From the NCBI RefSeq assembly GCF_964194025.1, contig NC_134470.1, positions 55,118,001-55,182,000 on the forward strand: 64,000 bases of DNA, given 5' to 3'. Position numbers and translations under genes: made by a program. Within the stretch, counting starts at the first letter, position 1, and every line of letters begins with the position of its first letter. Positions 60,395-64,000 of this stretch are shown piece after piece. The notes below the pieces were generated by a model. That model did no database searches. It was not told the origin of the DNA and saw only the letters and a program-made list of their open reading frames with translations. Source of the DNA: Convolutriloba macropyga. Its lineage: Eukaryota.

Positions 60395-60732
60395 ATGATT
60401 AATAATAATTATGGTTTCCTGCGTAATCGCAGCGGAACAACATTGGGCCGACAGTAGCCTGTTCTCAGCTGCCCTTTTTCTTATTATTCCCACATTTCAT
60501 ACTGATCTTTTCATGAGCAACATGGCTCTTTTTTGGTGACTATAGCCACTTTTTTTGCGTCTGAAACTTACACGTGGGATCATCATTGCAGCCAACATTG
60601 GTCAGGCTCTGGTCAACTGAAGCTATGGTTAAGCAAGAGCTCATTTTCACACAGACAGCTTCACAGATGAAGGGGATTGAACTCTCAATCATTGGCGTGT
60701 GAATCACACACTTTACCTCTCGGCTATCACTT
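60395..60732 (-). mobile_element. tRNA-headed SINE-like element
   Basis: Minus strand begins GTGATAGCCGAGAGGTAAAG (A box) ..AGTTCAATCC (B-box-like), followed by a ~250 bp GC-richer body and an (ATT)n-like tail. Only one copy seen in the window. Confidence 0.55.
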
Positions 60733-61399
60733 TACCAAATCTGGCTATCACATTATTTTAGTGTGAGTGTTCATGCTCGATAATGCGCTATCCAGAAAAG
60801 CGTTTAGCATGGGTTGGAAAACCCATCACGTGATGTGTTTTAGTTTTGTTTCAAGTTTTGTTTCGTTTTAAATGATATTTGTGATATTAGTATGCTGAGT
60901 TAATTTAAATTTGTCAGATTTGCTAAGAGTGTAATTGATGTGTTTCCCTGATTTTTTTCCTTATTCAATTGCTGAGATGAATGAAGTAAGGTGCGATTAG
61001 CATATTTGAGGTTGTTTGAGTGAATAGTGAGAATATTACTCAGATTTCGATTTCGATCGAATTTTCAATCAACTCAGTTTGACTATCGGTCATGAGATGT
61101 ATAGAATTTGGGCAAGGATTTTGGTGGGGGGTTCAAACTTGAGTTTTATGTTTTTCACTGTTTTAAAAGGATTATTGTTAGTTTTATTCATATCGTTTTA
61201 TTTTCCAGTTTGTAGTTCCATTACATTAATTTCAGATGATGTAAATCAAAACATTCAACATTGTCTTGGCACATCCCGAGAGGTTCGATTTATTAATAGT
61301 TTTAATAATTTATTTAAAAATTGCTCAGAAATAGCTTCGTTCAGGCGTACGCGGCATATGAATGACCTTTTGGGTGATATAAGCAAGTTTTAGGAGGAG

Positions 61400-62095
61400 T
61401 ATCTAAAACAGGATAGCTTGATAGAAATAGGTTGGAAGGAAGTTTCATGGATAGAATTTCGGTATAAATAGTTGGCCTAAATTAAGTACCAATTTAGTTG
61501 AAGAGGAGAGGGGGTTTTTAGTAGGCAAAAACGGTTGGCGCAAGATGTCCGTAGAGTTTCGCAATGAAGAGATTGTTCGGTTAACCGAAGCGTTCTGTAA
61601 AGGAGTCGCTTGCTGATGTAAAGCAAGTTGAAATATTCATGCATAGTTTGCCGAAATATCGCAACAGTTGACGTATGAATACTCAAGTATCAGCCTATGA
61701 GTGTTTATATGGCTCAGTATGCTGAACGTTTATTGTTGAACAGATTTTAATTACAGAGGTTCCCTCCAATTCAAACTGTACTAGGAGAGGTGTAACAATT
61801 CAATTTGCTCCCTGGTGGAAACGATCACATATAGAAATGGGTGGGAACAACAGTGTGTCAAAGACTATAGTGGAAGAAACGCTTTTTAATAGATAGAAAA
61901 GCGATATCTGAGGCTAATACTGGCCTTTCCTTTGTTTTTTTTTCAATATTTTTTTCCTTTGTTTTTTTCAATCCTTTGTTTTAAACAGGTTTTTTTTACG
62001 ACCATATTACGTCACAATCACCACTTCAAATCTGCTTTTTGTTCATTCGTTCATGCAACTTGAGTTGAATTCCGTGCGTGACTTCATGTTTCACC

Positions 62096-62141
<46 letters not shown>

Positions 62142-63900
62142 TTTTTGTTCATTCGCGCGATTAAATTTTTGGTCACACTTGACTTACCTTGCTCTCAAAA
62201 ATGACTTACTCAGTCTGAAATTGATTTTTCATCACTTTAGTTCAAAGAGATAAGGTCAAATGAGTGTGTGTCACTCTAACTGAAGGGTATATAAGGGGCG
62301 CTAATAAAATCAGCCGTAAGCTAAACATTTTCTTAAAAGCTGTTTGCTTTCCATTTCTTTGAGACTCAGCTATATAAAGCTATCTATTGCGGCTATTTTC
62401 TGGCAACCTGCCATCTATGCTCCTAATTTTCGGAATCTACAAGACGTCTATTTCTTTTGGTAATGTAATAGGAACACCTCGGTTTTTTATGGAGTTAATA
62501 AAGCGTGGTCCCATAGTTAGTGAGTTAGGTGATGACCTTTGGTTTTATTTAACAATTAAATTCAGTGTTCTTTGTCAACCGTCGCTCTGTGCTCAAGCAG
62601 TTTTAGCAATGTCTTCAGGCTTATCCATAGTTACTGGTTGGGGGCGCCTGATTCGAAAATTGAGAAAGGTGCTTGGCGAACATTTACACCTCTTAGGTTA
62701 GGGGTCCGTTAAGGTGTTTCGAAAAAACTTTTGAAGATTATGGGAAAAGGCTGCTTTAGTTTGGGCACTAAAAGAGAAAGACCTCGGTGGCTCCAGAGAT
62801 ATTACAGAACATGCACAGTTTTTGGTTAAAACTGAGATATCATTGAAGCATTATAATCGTGAGAAAATAAGGGGAGGTAAACGTAATCGATACCCAACAA
62901 TGGTGGCCTTACTGTGGACACAGAGTGCAGTTTGTGTACATTTCTGCCGCCAAAGGATCCTGCACTACTTTAGAGTGCGTTAAGTTGACTTTTGTTAATC
63001 AAGCTTTGCTTAAGTTTGTGAAGGTTAAATGGTTGCCCCACGTGATCAGGAGCTGTTTTATAGCTATGGTCAAGTTTTTTGAAGCAAGTGTCAACAATGA
63101 GAATTTGATGTCATTTTTTTGAGTAATGATTTTTTTCATTAAATTTACACTTTCAAAAGTTTTTCTCGCCTAAATTTTTGTTGATTGTGCTGTAGTTGAT
63201 GCCCCAGGGCCCTTATTCTGTCTTGTTTAATAAAATTGGGCTAAATGTGAAAGTAAAAAGGGATTAAATGGAGTTTGGCCCGTGAAAAGGGCTTGATGTC
63301 GAGTACCTTTTTGCGGAAATAAAGGTTGTCTTTAATTTTTGGGTGAGTAAATAGTTTTAAAGAACGGACCCCAATAAAAGGCGTGGTCAATCTATGGAAG
63401 GTTAACATCAAAATGCATTATTGTTGGCGAAGTTATAGTGAATTTAGGTTTGTTAGGGAAAGCAAAGTCATGGTTTTAGGGGATACTGTTTGCGGAGTTG
63501 GAATGCTTGTTCGAGGGTGTCGTTGGTGGGATTTTTGAGGCAGTTTAGGATCAGGTGGTAATCAACAAAATTGGGACTGAAGGTCACTGTTTTCAAGATA
63601 TAACCGGGGTCTACAATTTCGACGAAAAGAGAAATTGTGCTGTGGTTTCGGATAATAAGGGTTACCAGCGTTGCTTGGCGACCGTGAAATAGGTAAGGGT
63701 ACATGGGGAAGAGTACAATTGTGGGTCGATAGCCTCCGTTATGGTCAACGTGATAGTCGTCCCAATTAATAAAAGGAGTTTTTGCTGTGGTTGATAGGGT
63801 GTTGTGGATTGTCTATTTAGATTTGAGTTCTCCATTCAAAAAATTTTCCACTAGTTTTCAAAAATGATTGAACTACGGAATAATTTGGGGTATCTTTTTC
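61400..63900 (-). mobile_element. Decayed non-LTR retrotransposon (APE endonuclease + RT remnants), interrupted by a family B element
   Basis: Minus-strand remnants in expected order: LLLLIG..DYHVD (GDFN-like), HGRQATLVTLIIRN and DYHLI (APE C-terminal motifs), LPPLIFS..FND (PLLF..ND-like), NKTK.VI and IKNRGV (KNLGV-like); many stops and frameshifts. Confidence 0.5.
61888..62420 (+). mobile_element. Family B HINE-like element containing a (GA)n microsatellite (about 62100-62138)
   Basis: Body ACGACCATAT.ACGTCACAA..GGTCACACTTGACTTACCT; 3' TTGCGGCTATTTTCTGGCAACCTGCCATCTATG. Confidence 0.75.
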
Positions 63901-64000
63901 AAAAATTGCTCTATGATGGCTGTTCTCATATGTCTATACCCAAAAATTATTGTAATATCAGGTAAAATCTTAAAACAATGGTGGCCTTACTGTGGACACA

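Overview
AT-rich eukaryotic (animal, probably invertebrate) nuclear DNA with GT-AG introns; the species cannot be determined from sequence alone. Six protein-coding loci can be reconstructed, all on the + strand: the last two exons of a POU-like homeobox gene with an atypical WFGN recognition helix, a complete 5-exon cytosolic alpha-mannosidase (MAN2C1, about 1043 aa), a complete 3-exon proteasome subunit (PSMA4, 260 aa), a 2-exon ING-family PHD protein (431 aa), an intronless F-box/LRR-like protein (485 aa), and two 5' exons of a mitochondrial-type asparaginyl-tRNA synthetase (NARS2). Much of the remaining DNA is non-autonomous mobile elements. Three families (A, B, C) share the Helentron/HINE (DINE-1-like) end grammar: 5' subterminal inverted repeat (subTIR) with a local fold-back, 3' subTIR, 3' hairpin, T-rich ends and no obvious target-site duplication (TSD). 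Each family has its own subTIR sequence. Families A and B share internal modules including ~150-200 bp tandem arrays, one A subgroup carries tRNA-like Pol III cassettes, and several copies host nested MITEs. Also present: a decayed BEL/Pao integrase fragment, a decayed LINE, a tRNA-headed SINE and a ~2 kb tandem duplication that preserves both an empty and a filled insertion site. All five genes whose 5' end is visible have a 3' splice acceptor 5-25 nt before the ATG, hinting at spliced-leader trans-splicing or systematic 5'UTR introns. Most short ORFs in the track are spurious. Coordinates were read by eye and repeat boundaries are approximate.
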